Of a stretch of DNA of 64,000 nt, positions 31,226 through 40,267 are shown piece by piece. A model generated the notes under the pieces. It was not told the origin of the DNA. It worked only from the letters and a program-made list of their open reading frames with translations, and made no database searches. Source of the stretch: a virus; the IMG/VR virus record IMGVR_UViG_2903631197_000003, positions 28,290-92,289 of that record; one strand, written 5' to 3'. Both the position numbers and the translations under genes were made by a program. Within the stretch, counting starts at the first letter, position 1. Each line of letters starts with the position of its first letter.

Positions 31226-31285
31226 CCTCCCCTTCCATAACTATTATTTATCAAGCCCTCGACAACACGGTCAAGTCATTCAATT

Positions 31286-31870
31286 ATGAAAAATTTATAT
31301 TATTGCACAAAGAAGAACGTCTATCTTATCACTAAGAACGACGATGGTACACTAACCTTTACTCCAGAAGCCAAGAACGCTGGTGCTATGATTATGCAAC
31401 GTGGTGGCATTTCCGCTTTCCTTGACCATTGTATCGAGGACGAGAGGGACTTCAAGGAGTTTGTTGAAGACCGCGAACTTGTAGCCAAGAAACAAAAAGA
31501 GTACCGCGAGGCTATGCGTTTGCAAAGCGCAAATGCCGAAAAGGAATCTGTTGCCAAGGCTTACAATGAAATGCTCTCAAAGTACGGAATGAGCATCGGC
31601 AACATTGACAAGTCTGTGGCGATTGAAGCCTCTGTTGATAACCTGTACGTGCTTATGCGTTACCTGCGCAGCATTCCATGGGGGCAATGGCAATTACCTA
31701 CACTCTCACAAGGATATTCCGCTAACCAGTACGACTGTGATGGTAAGATTGCTGTTACTATCATTCTGAACGACGGAATTACAACTGAAGATGGTAAGGT
31801 TGTCAAGAAACTCCAGTATGGTGCTCCTATGGGACACCTCTCTAACTACACGAATATTGGAAGATTATAA
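31286..31870 (+). CDS. Hypothetical protein
   Basis: 194 aa, preceded by the 26-nt motif. Confidence 0.7.
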   Translation: MKNLYYCTKKNVYLITKNDDGTLTFTPEAKNAGAMIMQRGGISAFLDHCIEDERDFKEFVEDRELVAKKQKEYREAMRLQSANAEKESVAKAYNEMLSKYGMSIGNIDKSVAIEASVDNLYVLMRYLRSIPWGQWQLPTLSQGYSANQYDCDGKIAVTIILNDGITTEDGKVVKKLQYGAPMGHLSNYTNIGRL

Positions 31871-31908
31871 ACCCATAAGCCCTCGACAACACGGTTAAGT
31901 CAGAAACT

Positions 31909-32166
31909 ATGATAACAATCAGATATGAAATTAGCTACGAAGCAGTTAAGCAAGAGTTTATAGAAAACGGCGTGTACCATAGTGGTGACAACTACGGACG
32001 CTGGTTCGAAATTAGCGTAAATCCCTCAGAACTAAGTAAAGAAGACCGTAAATTAATTTGGGACAAATGCAAAGACTCTGGCGACGGTGATTTCACCTAT
32101 GACGATTCTTACATAAGTAAGGTTTGTAAGTCAATTGACGATTTTCTTGATGCCATAAGGGATTAA
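31909..32166 (+). CDS. Hypothetical protein
   Basis: 85 aa, preceded by the 26-nt motif. Confidence 0.65.
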   Translation: MITIRYEISYEAVKQEFIENGVYHSGDNYGRWFEISVNPSELSKEDRKLIWDKCKDSGDGDFTYDDSYISKVCKSIDDFLDAIRD

Positions 32167-32167
32167 G

Positions 32168-32249
32168 AAAAAGGGGAGCGGGCCGCTCCCCTCTAAACTT
32201 TTTCGTTTAAATCCACAGCCCGAAGGCTGACCCAATCCGAAGATTGCGG
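32168..32249 (-). ncRNA. Candidate small structured RNA (about 80 nt) with two cUUCGg hairpins, its own promoter and terminator
   Basis: TATCTTTG -7 box at 32252-32259 (-); CAAUC-UUCG-GAUUG; CAGCC-UUCG-GGCUG; terminator AGGGGAGCG-GCC-CGCUCCCCU-UUUU. Confidence 0.6.
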
Positions 32250-32347
32250 TGCAAAGATACGGAGATATTTGGAAACAACAATCACTTCTTGTGTTTTTAA
32301 CACACATTTAACACGCAAGCCCTCGACATCACGGTTAAGTCATACCT

Positions 32348-32950
32348 ATGAAAAAATGGAAGCACTACAACAGATTAGTGATAAATACAGAGATAGAAAA
32401 TGCAGATGGCTTTGAAAAAATATTCCTCGCCCACTCGAAGAATATCGAAGAAGTAGTTTGCAATGACGGTAGTTACACCGAATTATACGAAGTCGATGAT
32501 AGCGGTTATATGGACAGAGCCGCAGACGTGGTTACTGAAAATAAGTTTGACGACTTGTACGAGAAATACGATGAAACTTGTGATAAAGGCAAAGAAGTCT
32601 TTATGTTTGAGAATTACCACGATGATGAACCGGTGCCATACGTCAAGGCTGATTGGGAAAATTACGAACATCATCTTAAATTAGAGTCAGAACATGGGAT
32701 AAACACAGACACCTATTATATTACAAACGCCGACATTATAGAAGGTGTGTGCTATATGGCATCTGGTTGTGTGACTCAGGACTACCCCAACGAAGAACAC
32801 CAAAATTTCTTCAAGTTCGTTGCCGGCAATGGAGAAACCTACTATATAAAGGAAACACACCCATTCTTCATTGATGATCACGATTACATTTTTGAGATAA
32901 TCACTAAGGAAGAGTTTGAAGAATACGACAACGGAGTAATAAGCGAGTAA
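32348..32950 (+). CDS. Hypothetical highly acidic protein
   Basis: 200 aa, D/E-rich, preceded by the 26-nt motif. Confidence 0.7.
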   Translation: MKKWKHYNRLVINTEIENADGFEKIFLAHSKNIEEVVCNDGSYTELYEVDDSGYMDRAADVVTENKFDDLYEKYDETCDKGKEVFMFENYHDDEPVPYVKADWENYEHHLKLESEHGINTDTYYITNADIIEGVCYMASGCVTQDYPNEEHQNFFKFVAGNGETYYIKETHPFFIDDHDYIFEIITKEEFEEYDNGVISE

Positions 32951-32952
32951 CT

Positions 32953-33264
32953 ATGGAATTAGACAATATACAAGAAATCAATGAAGGGTACTTAGGTGTT
33001 CTTACAAAAATAGATCTTCTTGATGAAAGTTGGGACACCGAACTACTCGAAAAGTTAATTGGATATATCGAGAAAGATATATTGGAAATGGCCGCGAGGT
33101 ACGATGTATGTGCAGACATAACAAGAGATGAGTTTGCAAGAGACAAACAAAGGCTTCTCGATGCGTACCTGCAACGGACGAACGACAAAGATATTATGTA
33201 CAAGGTTAAAACTTTAAAGAAGCTGAGAGAGAGAGAAAGTGCCTTTGCCGAGTCTTTGCCATAA
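32953..33264 (+). CDS. Hypothetical protein
   Basis: 103 aa ORF, tightly coupled to the upstream gene. Confidence 0.65.
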   Translation: MELDNIQEINEGYLGVLTKIDLLDESWDTELLEKLIGYIEKDILEMAARYDVCADITRDEFARDKQRLLDAYLQRTNDKDIMYKVKTLKKLRERESAFAESLP

Positions 33265-33326
33265 CTATCCGTCCGCAACGATTGGTTTTGTTGCGGATGA
33301 CGAACAGTATCTTTAAAATAAAAATT

Positions 33327-33929
33327 ATGGCAAAAAGAATTAACAACAAAATGACTTTTGAGGACTTTAGCAGAAAATGCCTCGATTTTTTTGAGACGAG
33401 AAGGTGGTATTTTATGATGAGTAACCCTCAGATATTACAAAAACTCCCTGGGAATGAGATGAACATCACTGTTTGGTATTTCATCCTGGAGATACGTCCG
33501 AAGGCGCATTTCATATTAATGTACGATTGGGACACCGACGACCTTCCGTTCTCCGTATATATTGATTGGAAGAGCGGGGCATTTAGCCATTGTTTCTTCG
33601 ATGATGGTAAACTTGTGTACATCTCCGACTTTGCGGATATTGACGAAGCCCTTGACAATATGTGTCAAGAACCAACTATGTATTTGGCAAACCCCACCAC
33701 AAAATGTACAATTGAACACGTAATGGAAAAAGGCGAAGATCCCGACAACACGGCAGGACTTGAAGTAGGGTTTATGAAGTCATATTCCTTACTGGAGGCC
33801 ATCGAAGCACTCGAAGAGTACTGTAAGAAACATAGAAAACTTGACGATGGACATCTCGCTGGCGTAGTACACATGCCAACGCTTGTTTCTCGCACAACTA
33901 TGTACGAAAAACGAATATTAAATCCATAA
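33327..33929 (+). CDS. Hypothetical protein
   Basis: Start moved to MAKRIN, after the AT leader. Confidence 0.65.
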   Translation: MAKRINNKMTFEDFSRKCLDFFETRRWYFMMSNPQILQKLPGNEMNITVWYFILEIRPKAHFILMYDWDTDDLPFSVYIDWKSGAFSHCFFDDGKLVYISDFADIDEALDNMCQEPTMYLANPTTKCTIEHVMEKGEDPDNTAGLEVGFMKSYSLLEAIEALEEYCKKHRKLDDGHLAGVVHMPTLVSRTTMYEKRILNP

Positions 33930-34005
33930 TGTAATTGTTTAGTTAATAATTGCCGTTGCGGTCTTAGGTGGCCGTAGCGGTTCGATAACCAATAAATTGA
34001 ATATT

Positions 34006-34836
34006 ATGGAAATGAATTTTGAAAAAGAGTTTATGAGGGTAAACCCTGCATACCCTCACTTACTGAGGTTTATGCAAACCAGCTTACAAAAGAGCGAGAT
34101 TTCATGGAAGGACATTACCAAACTCAACATGGAGAGGGTGTGTTCTTACCTGACCGAACGAGTATCGCCAAATTCGGCGAGGACTTACATAGCCGTCATA
34201 AAGGCCTTTCTCGCAAGGTATAGCGAAGAAAACCTCATGCCTTGCGCCAACCCGCAAATGAGAGTAAAGGCGGTGCCTTCACAGCATATAGCACTTAGCT
34301 ACGAAGAGGTTATGAAACTCGATGCCTACCAGCCAAAAAACGATACGGAGCGCGATGTGAAAAACATCTTCATGCGAGGATGCCTGACCGGCGCAAGGTA
34401 TTCGGACGCAATAGCGATAGGCGCTGGCAATATCAGCAACGGCGTTTTAACTTATGTATCGAAAAAGACCCATACCGAGGTAAAACAACCCGCTCATGCG
34501 CTTTTGTGGAAGTATATATACGAACCGCCGACAAAGATAAGGCATTCCGTTGTCGTGAACAGGACTATTAAGCAAATCTGTCAAAATATCGGCATGGATG
34601 AAGAGGTCCAACTATTCGTAAACGGCAAACTCAAAAAAGGCCACAAGTACGAGTTTGTCACTGAGCACACATCGCGCAGGACTTATTGTACGATACTTGC
34701 AGAAATGAACGTGCCAACAGAGGTTATCTCCAAGTTAGCAGGCCATTCAAACTCCAACATAACAAGTAACAGGTATATATGTATTGACACAAAGAGAGTA
34801 GGAGAAGCTGCAATGCGCTTCTTTGAGGCAAAATAA
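34006..34836 (+). CDS. Tyrosine recombinase/integrase (short, lacking an arm-binding domain)
   Basis: Catalytic R (TGARYSD), K (KKT), HxxR (HTSRR), H (LAGHS) and Y (NRYI). Confidence 0.9.
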   Translation: MEMNFEKEFMRVNPAYPHLLRFMQTSLQKSEISWKDITKLNMERVCSYLTERVSPNSARTYIAVIKAFLARYSEENLMPCANPQMRVKAVPSQHIALSYEEVMKLDAYQPKNDTERDVKNIFMRGCLTGARYSDAIAIGAGNISNGVLTYVSKKTHTEVKQPAHALLWKYIYEPPTKIRHSVVVNRTIKQICQNIGMDEEVQLFVNGKLKKGHKYEFVTEHTSRRTYCTILAEMNVPTEVISKLAGHSNSNITSNRYICIDTKRVGEAAMRFFEAK

Positions 34837-34872
34837 AAGCCCCTGCACGGTTAATTCTGTGCAGGGGCTCTA
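34833..34872. terminator. Terminator between the convergent early and DNA-metabolism operons
   Basis: AAAAGCCCCTGCAC-loop-GTGCAGGGGCT. Confidence 0.75.
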
Positions 34873-35769
34873 CTATTCAAGGGGCGGGAGAATTTTCTTC
34901 ATATCGAACGTGTGCATGTTTTCTCTGTCACAACGTAAGGTCATTCTCGTCCTGAATGTTGTCGCATATCTACGGCACTCAGTTGAATATCTCGTCATCA
35001 AGTCCTTATATGCGAGATAGGCATAGAAGAAATCGCTCTTGCTCTCAAAGCCCATCATTTCGATTTTCTCGTCAGCGGAAAACTTGTCCGTTGGCATGGA
35101 GAAAGTGTTGAGGAACATTCTTACATCACTATTCCAAGGGAGAAGCTGACTATCGTCAATGTCAACAATTCCAAGGCCAAGACCTTTCTTGTGCGACATT
35201 CTGATAAGCATCAATGGAAGGACATAATCTATATCCTTGATTTTTGCACCCTCTCCAATGGCATGTTTTACAACCTCAACACCATCGGCACGTTTCATTA
35301 CAACCTGAAGATAGGACTGGATAGAACTTGCCATCTTCTGAATATCCATAAGCGAGTCAAGCAAGTCGCATATTTGTCCGCACCTGACCGAGTAGAGGGT
35401 CAGCTTGTCTCTCATGGTCGCATCTCCAAAGGGGATATAACCGAAGTTATTAAACCACTCGTATGGGTGTTCGGTAAGTATTGAATAGAGCTTGTTAGTC
35501 TGCTGCATGATAATGTTGACACCCTTGTCCCTTACAAGCAAAGAGGCAAACAAGGCTATCATCTGATCTTCGGGTGTTTTATATCTGTCGGCCAACATCA
35601 TTGTGTGCACGTTAAAGCCATCGCGCCCTACAAAGTTCTCCATGAGTTTCCTTATCCATATCTTATGGTGTATGGCGAACTTCTCGTAGTATTGACGCAT
35701 TGTCTTTCTGGCTATTTCGAGACGCATCTCTTTCTCTGACATTCTTTTATTTGCTAGTTTCCCATTCAT
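34873..35769 (-). CDS. Hypothetical protein, distantly TIGR02757/DUF2400-like
   Basis: 'RYKTPEDQMIALFASLL...HPYEWF' resembles the DUF2400 N-terminus; weak resemblance. Confidence 0.4.
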   Translation of the reverse strand: MNGKLANKRMSEKEMRLEIARKTMRQYYEKFAIHHKIWIRKLMENFVGRDGFNVHTMMLADRYKTPEDQMIALFASLLVRDKGVNIIMQQTNKLYSILTEHPYEWFNNFGYIPFGDATMRDKLTLYSVRCGQICDLLDSLMDIQKMASSIQSYLQVVMKRADGVEVVKHAIGEGAKIKDIDYVLPLMLIRMSHKKGLGLGIVDIDDSQLLPWNSDVRMFLNTFSMPTDKFSADEKIEMMGFESKSDFFYAYLAYKDLMTRYSTECRRYATTFRTRMTLRCDRENMHTFDMKKILPPLE

Positions 35770-36520
35770 AATCTTTGAGTGCTATTGATACTATAACGCG
35801 GTTGTTGTTTCCTTTCTTACAAAAGTAGTCTTGAAGTTTGTTCGCATTCACTTTTGGTTTTGGTGCTGCAATTACGCTGAAGCACCGGTCAGTGTGGCGC
35901 TCTGACAAACGCTCATGTTTCTCCATAGCTTCATCATAACCAAACAACTGGGCATTGCCTTGCCATTCTGTAAAGGTATATTTTTCCGCGTCTTGTAAAT
36001 ATATAAACCTTATCCTACCGTAAACTCTTGATACGATGAGGAAATTAGGGTTGTTGAGAGTATTTTTTATGTTCAAGTATACAGGTAGAATATCAACCAC
36101 ATATTTGCCTGCATGTCTTAATGCCAGATTGTACACGCTTCTTATATCCCTCATCGACATGGAAAGATATGCGTGTCTTATTTCCTTGTCAAGTTCAACG
36201 CCTTTTTGCCTATCCTTCCCTTGAAGACTTTTAAGGTACAAAACCTCACCTTTTGCTGTTCTGAAACGTAAAACATAGAATGGATTCTTATCCTTAAACG
36301 CTTCGATATTTTCATCACAGTCAATTCGTACTGAGGGGAACCGCTTTGTTAAAGCCTTACAGACATAGGGTAACTGATCGGTGTTTAATGGTATGGCTTG
36401 CCTTATGTCACTGGAGTACTTTACGAATGCCCAAACGAATGGTATTCTCCAGAAACCTGATACGAACAGTTTGATGTCAGGGTGATTGTGATTTCTTACA
36501 AATGATACGTATTTTTCCAT
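35747..36520 (-). CDS. Hypothetical protein
   Basis: Likely start MEKYVSF. Confidence 0.65.
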   Translation of the reverse strand: MEKYVSFVRNHNHPDIKLFVSGFWRIPFVWAFVKYSSDIRQAIPLNTDQLPYVCKALTKRFPSVRIDCDENIEAFKDKNPFYVLRFRTAKGEVLYLKSLQGKDRQKGVELDKEIRHAYLSMSMRDIRSVYNLALRHAGKYVVDILPVYLNIKNTLNNPNFLIVSRVYGRIRFIYLQDAEKYTFTEWQGNAQLFGYDEAMEKHERLSERHTDRCFSVIAAPKPKVNANKLQDYFCKKGNNNRVIVSIALKDYEWETSK

Positions 36521-36730
36521 AATTAAAGATAAAATTAAACCGCCCGCCCAATATAGGACAGGCGGCGCTGATAAAATGTACAATGCCTACGGAAATAACC
36601 TATGCTCACGCACCGATATTCCAGAGTTAAATCGTTCTAAACAAAAATATATAATAAATATAATGGCACAACAAAATTAGGCAATGTACGCGTATTTATT
36701 ACTCATCTGTTATAAAATATGTAGTTTTTA

Positions 36731-37222
36731 TTACTTCGAACCTGTATGCCCCATGCCGCCGCCTCGGTCGAAGCCCGTCAGTTCATCAACTTCAAGCAAG
36801 ATTGGCAATTCGTGCCTGTTGAACACCATCTGCGCAATGCGCGTGCCGCCTTCGATAAGAAACGGCTCATCGTGGTTGATGATGATGATGTTTATCTCGT
36901 TTTTATACCCGTGGTCGATAGTACCTTCAATAACATCTGCGTCAAACCGCTTCTTTTTCGGTTTAAGCCACTCGAACAGCGGAATGGTATAACCTTCCAC
37001 TCCCTCGGCAGAAAAGCCGCTACGAGGACGTATGTGTCCGTCTATACCCCTTGGCACATCTATCTTGACACCGATAGGTAATGCTTGTCTGCCACGTTTG
37101 ATTACCGTATCAAACGGAACATACAGATCATAACCTGCCGAAAATTCTACACTCTGCTTTGGCATGATGCCGCCACACAATACTACTTTGTAGTTTTGGT
37201 AAATAGTCGATTTTCTTCCCAT
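36731..37222 (-). CDS. dut: dUTPase (trimeric)
   Basis: Motifs SAGYDL, RPRSG, GTIDHGY, RIAQ and RGGGMGHTG. Confidence 0.93.
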   Translation of the reverse strand: MGRKSTIYQNYKVVLCGGIMPKQSVEFSAGYDLYVPFDTVIKRGRQALPIGVKIDVPRGIDGHIRPRSGFSAEGVEGYTIPLFEWLKPKKKRFDADVIEGTIDHGYKNEINIIIINHDEPFLIEGGTRIAQMVFNRHELPILLEVDELTGFDRGGGMGHTGSK

Positions 37223-37226
37223 GCTT

Positions 37227-37952
37227 TTATTCTTTTAAAGTTTTAACCTTGATTTCGTTTTTAAACTCAGGACACTCTTTGAAAGCTTCTTTGAGACAAG
37301 CCTTGATATAGACACCATCCTCAAATCGTCTTGCCATCGCCCGCCATATCCTTTTGCTTTCTTTTGTGTTGAGGTCGCAAGCCATCCCCTCATATAGGTT
37401 GTTACTCAGATTCTCAGCAGCCATCACAAGACGATGCGGGCGCATATTGGAAAACATCTCGTCATAGTTCCTGGTGACAATTCTTCCGTCGGGTGTTCTT
37501 ACTATCCCCGCATCCTTCCGTATTTTGGCTATCGCTTCTTCGTAGAGGTGTTTAGCTATATGGAGTACTACTCTGGCAGTTTCGATGGTAGACAAGGCTT
37601 CCTCGTTTTCTATTCCCGCCTTTTTCAGAGACCTTATGATTGTTCTTCTGAACTTCTCCACGTCTTCATCGGAAGCATCTATAACGGCATCGGTATAGGC
37701 ATCATAAAATTTAGGCGACACCATAACACTGCGCATTACTATTTCCTTTTGTTTCAGCTCGGCATACAGCACGTTAATCAGGTGCTTTGTCCTGCCTTTG
37801 TTATATGAGGTCTCGCGCAAGCGTTGTATTGCGTTTCTACACCAATGAATGCCGGCGGTAGTTATAAGTGACACGCCGTTATCTATCACTTTTGCGCCAA
37901 CTCTAATAGCCTCAAACTCCCTTTCGTTGTAATACGTTATTACCTTCCCCAT
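37227..37952 (-). CDS. Hypothetical protein
   Basis: 241 aa in the operon. Confidence 0.7.
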   Translation of the reverse strand: MGKVITYYNEREFEAIRVGAKVIDNGVSLITTAGIHWCRNAIQRLRETSYNKGRTKHLINVLYAELKQKEIVMRSVMVSPKFYDAYTDAVIDASDEDVEKFRRTIIRSLKKAGIENEEALSTIETARVVLHIAKHLYEEAIAKIRKDAGIVRTPDGRIVTRNYDEMFSNMRPHRLVMAAENLSNNLYEGMACDLNTKESKRIWRAMARRFEDGVYIKACLKEAFKECPEFKNEIKVKTLKE

Positions 37953-38275
37953 GACTCAAATAAGATTTCTTTACCGTAAATTCTTGCCACCTCGAACTCT
38001 GCCATACAGCCTTTGGAGTTCTGCCACCCTTCGCATAGATAGATAGCATCACACTCCAATAAGGCTTCAATATCCTTGCCCATATAGTACGAGTATGACT
38101 TGTCGGGTTCGGGGCAAACGTCAAAGGGGGTGATTACGTCTGGACGATGCCATCCTCTTTCTAAGCCAAACTCATCCCATAATACCCACTCTCTTATATC
38201 TCTTGCCTTTGCTTTAACCTCTTCAAGGTCGTGCCCCGATATTGGAATTGATATGTATATTCTTTTTCTTTTCAT
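37940..38275 (-). CDS. DUF4406 / nucleoside 2-deoxyribosyltransferase-like protein
   Basis: IYISIPISG...YMGKDIEALLECDAIYLCEGWQNSKGCMAE. Confidence 0.85.
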   Translation of the reverse strand: MKRKRIYISIPISGHDLEEVKAKARDIREWVLWDEFGLERGWHRPDVITPFDVCPEPDKSYSYYMGKDIEALLECDAIYLCEGWQNSKGCMAEFEVARIYGKEILFESWGR

Positions 38276-38499
38276 TCCTCGTCCTCCCATTTGCCTACTA
38301 TGTCATACTTGTTACCAAAAGCACTATAAAAAACCTTTCCATCACGTCTGTAGAACATATAGGAAAAACTATTTTCTTCGCCTTTAACGGGACAGGCGAA
38401 ACCTTCTGCATACTCATAACCTTTGCCAAGAAACACCGCCATACGACCATCCCTTGTTTTCAGCCTATCGCCGAACTTACACTCACTCAGATTTATCAT
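38272..38499 (-). CDS. Hypothetical phage protein
   Basis: 75 aa; 'KFGDRLKTRDGR' pattern. Confidence 0.65.
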   Translation of the reverse strand: MINLSECKFGDRLKTRDGRMAVFLGKGYEYAEGFACPVKGEENSFSYMFYRRDGKVFYSAFGNKYDIVGKWEDEE

Positions 38500-38812
38500 T
38501 GGAACAGCTCTCCTTGTTTACTTTGACAATTTCCTCAATAACATCTACCAATAACGATGCGAATGTAGATACAAACCTCTCGTTTTCGTTCAGTTCGTAT
38601 TCACCCATAGTTTTTAGCACACCATGCACAACCTCGTGGATAAAGGTGTTTGTTATGGACGTTTCACTCTGCTCGCTGTCTGAGAATTTCTTGGCTATAC
38701 GGATTTTTCCTTCCGCTACACAAATATCGCCCAAGTTATTGTCGGGTAAGTGTTCGGGCATTTCAATCACTATGTCCTGCCCGCCGATTCTGATTTTACT
38801 TGGTATCTTCAT
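38483..38812 (-). CDS. HExxH metallopeptidase-like phage protein
   Basis: TFIHEVVHG...E..V motif. Confidence 0.75.
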   Translation of the reverse strand: MKIPSKIRIGGQDIVIEMPEHLPDNNLGDICVAEGKIRIAKKFSDSEQSETSITNTFIHEVVHGVLKTMGEYELNENERFVSTFASLLVDVIEEIVKVNKESCSNDKSE

Positions 38813-39077
38813 TTCTTTCTTGTTTTAATTTCCTAATTCCTGAACCGACAATGTTTATCAACTCATTAACCGCTTCATCGTTACAATCAAGTAGAATGCA
38901 GTGATTGAAATTTCCTTGAAGATATTGAGAGAATGCCAATAAAGCATCCTTCATTCGCTTGTTGTCCTCAATAGTTTCTTTGAACGAGTCAATAAAAGCC
39001 TTTGTTATGTCGTACTTAGTCTTAGCACACCGTATATTCTTACGGTGTACTTTTAAGTTGTAGTTAATTTGTGTCAT
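38796..39077 (-). CDS. Hypothetical protein
   Basis: 93 aa with overlapping stop/start. Confidence 0.6.
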   Translation of the reverse strand: MTQINYNLKVHRKNIRCAKTKYDITKAFIDSFKETIEDNKRMKDALLAFSQYLQGNFNHCILLDCNDEAVNELINIVGSGIRKLKQERNEDTK

Positions 39078-39733
39078 TTCTTTCTCTTTTTGAGTTCAAC
39101 AAGAGTTAATATCGCATACCCTGCTGTATCGAGCAAGGCATCTTCCAAGCCCTCGTTCTCGACCATGTTAGGCTTGCTGCGCAACACCTTTATTCTATTC
39201 ATCTTCTCACGCAGCTTGCCATAGGCATAATCAATACCCAACTCGTCAAACATTTCCGAGAAAGCAGAATTATAATCGTGGTTCTTTGCTTGCAGTGTAA
39301 GAGCCAATTTATTCGTTAGGCTCTTGATGTAATCTTCAGTCGTGACGCAATCAGGAAGCATCTTCGGCTCTCTTTCCCTTTGTATCTGCTCACGTATCTC
39401 GAAAGAATACGTCAGTGCATTAACATAACGTTTTATCTCGTCTATTGTGGCATAATGCAGATTAGTTATCGGAAATACTGAATTTACATCTTTCAAGTTA
39501 TCCGCATACCATATTGCATCAGTATCACCAACGAGATTAGAGTCGTGCCACAAGCCAACAGCGTACATAAAATCGCCATCGTCAGATGTGAGTCGTGTAA
39601 CTGCGGTGTTTCCGTTGTAGTCAAACGCAACGAAATCCCTATTCTTCAAGTCCTCTATTTTTAGTTCGTTTATTACTTGGGTCGCAAACGTCTTGTCAGT
39701 ACCCTTTATCTTAATTTCTGTTTTCTGTTCCAT
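39074..39733 (-). CDS. DUF1599 (nucleotide-modification-associated) domain protein
   Basis: C-terminal KNHDYNSAF...EKMNR...EGLEDALLDTAGYAIL. Confidence 0.8.
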   Translation of the reverse strand: MEQKTEIKIKGTDKTFATQVINELKIEDLKNRDFVAFDYNGNTAVTRLTSDDGDFMYAVGLWHDSNLVGDTDAIWYADNLKDVNSVFPITNLHYATIDEIKRYVNALTYSFEIREQIQREREPKMLPDCVTTEDYIKSLTNKLALTLQAKNHDYNSAFSEMFDELGIDYAYGKLREKMNRIKVLRSKPNMVENEGLEDALLDTAGYAILTLVELKKRKK

Positions 39734-39746
39734 TCTTAATAAGATT

Positions 39747-40109
39747 TTAGTTGTAAGTTGTATATCCGTAAAATACCGACATATCTTCCTCAGATATGAA
39801 CTTGGTGCTGATTTTTTCCTCGTAAAAGGCATAGTAGCAATCGCCCGAATCGCAACAACCGCTAAGAATTGACACTCCTGCCCTTATTGTATCTTCAGTT
39901 CCACCATAAATACGTGTAGAGCCATTATTATACCACTTAGCTACGATACACCATCCAAGATGGGTGGCCAGCTGCACTACCCCGATAGGAGGCTTGGTAT
40001 CGAACTTTTTTGTATCGTCAAGTACGAATTGAGGTACAAATGAAGCCTCCTTGTAGTCATCCATATTATCGCAAGGAGTAAGGTCTGCGTAATAAATCTG
40101 TTTTTCCAT
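39747..40109 (-). CDS. Hypothetical protein
   Basis: 120 aa, downstream of the solitary guide-like RNA. Confidence 0.65.
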   Translation of the reverse strand: MEKQIYYADLTPCDNMDDYKEASFVPQFVLDDTKKFDTKPPIGVVQLATHLGWCIVAKWYNNGSTRIYGGTEDTIRAGVSILSGCCDSGDCYYAFYEEKISTKFISEEDMSVFYGYTTYN

Positions 40110-40140
40110 ATTGTTATTTCTTTTGTTTTTTCTCGTTTGA

Positions 40141-40262
40141 CGTCTTTTGTTTCACATTGTTCTACGAGTTGCTGTATCTATTTTTTATAACACATATTTG
40201 AATTTTACAATAGTTATCGAGTGGTAAATCCCTCAACTTAAGGCTGTACAGCCAGCCCGATT
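40141..40262 (-). ncRNA. Solitary single-guide-like RNA (scaffold copy C with truncated repeat and putative 3' guide)
   Basis: Same scaffold as 60227-60305 and 61626-61705; repeat remnant GCTGTATCTATT at 40171-40182; guide 3' end (about 40141) is a guess. Confidence 0.75.
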
Positions 40263-40267
40263 TCTTG

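Larger units (their letters stand above)
31253..32342 (+). repeat. Three copies of a 26-nt leader motif AAGCCCTCGACAWCACGGTYAAGTCA (31253-31278, 31877-31902, 32317-32342)
   Basis: Near-identical copies, each ending 5-7 nt before an ATG. Confidence 0.85.
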
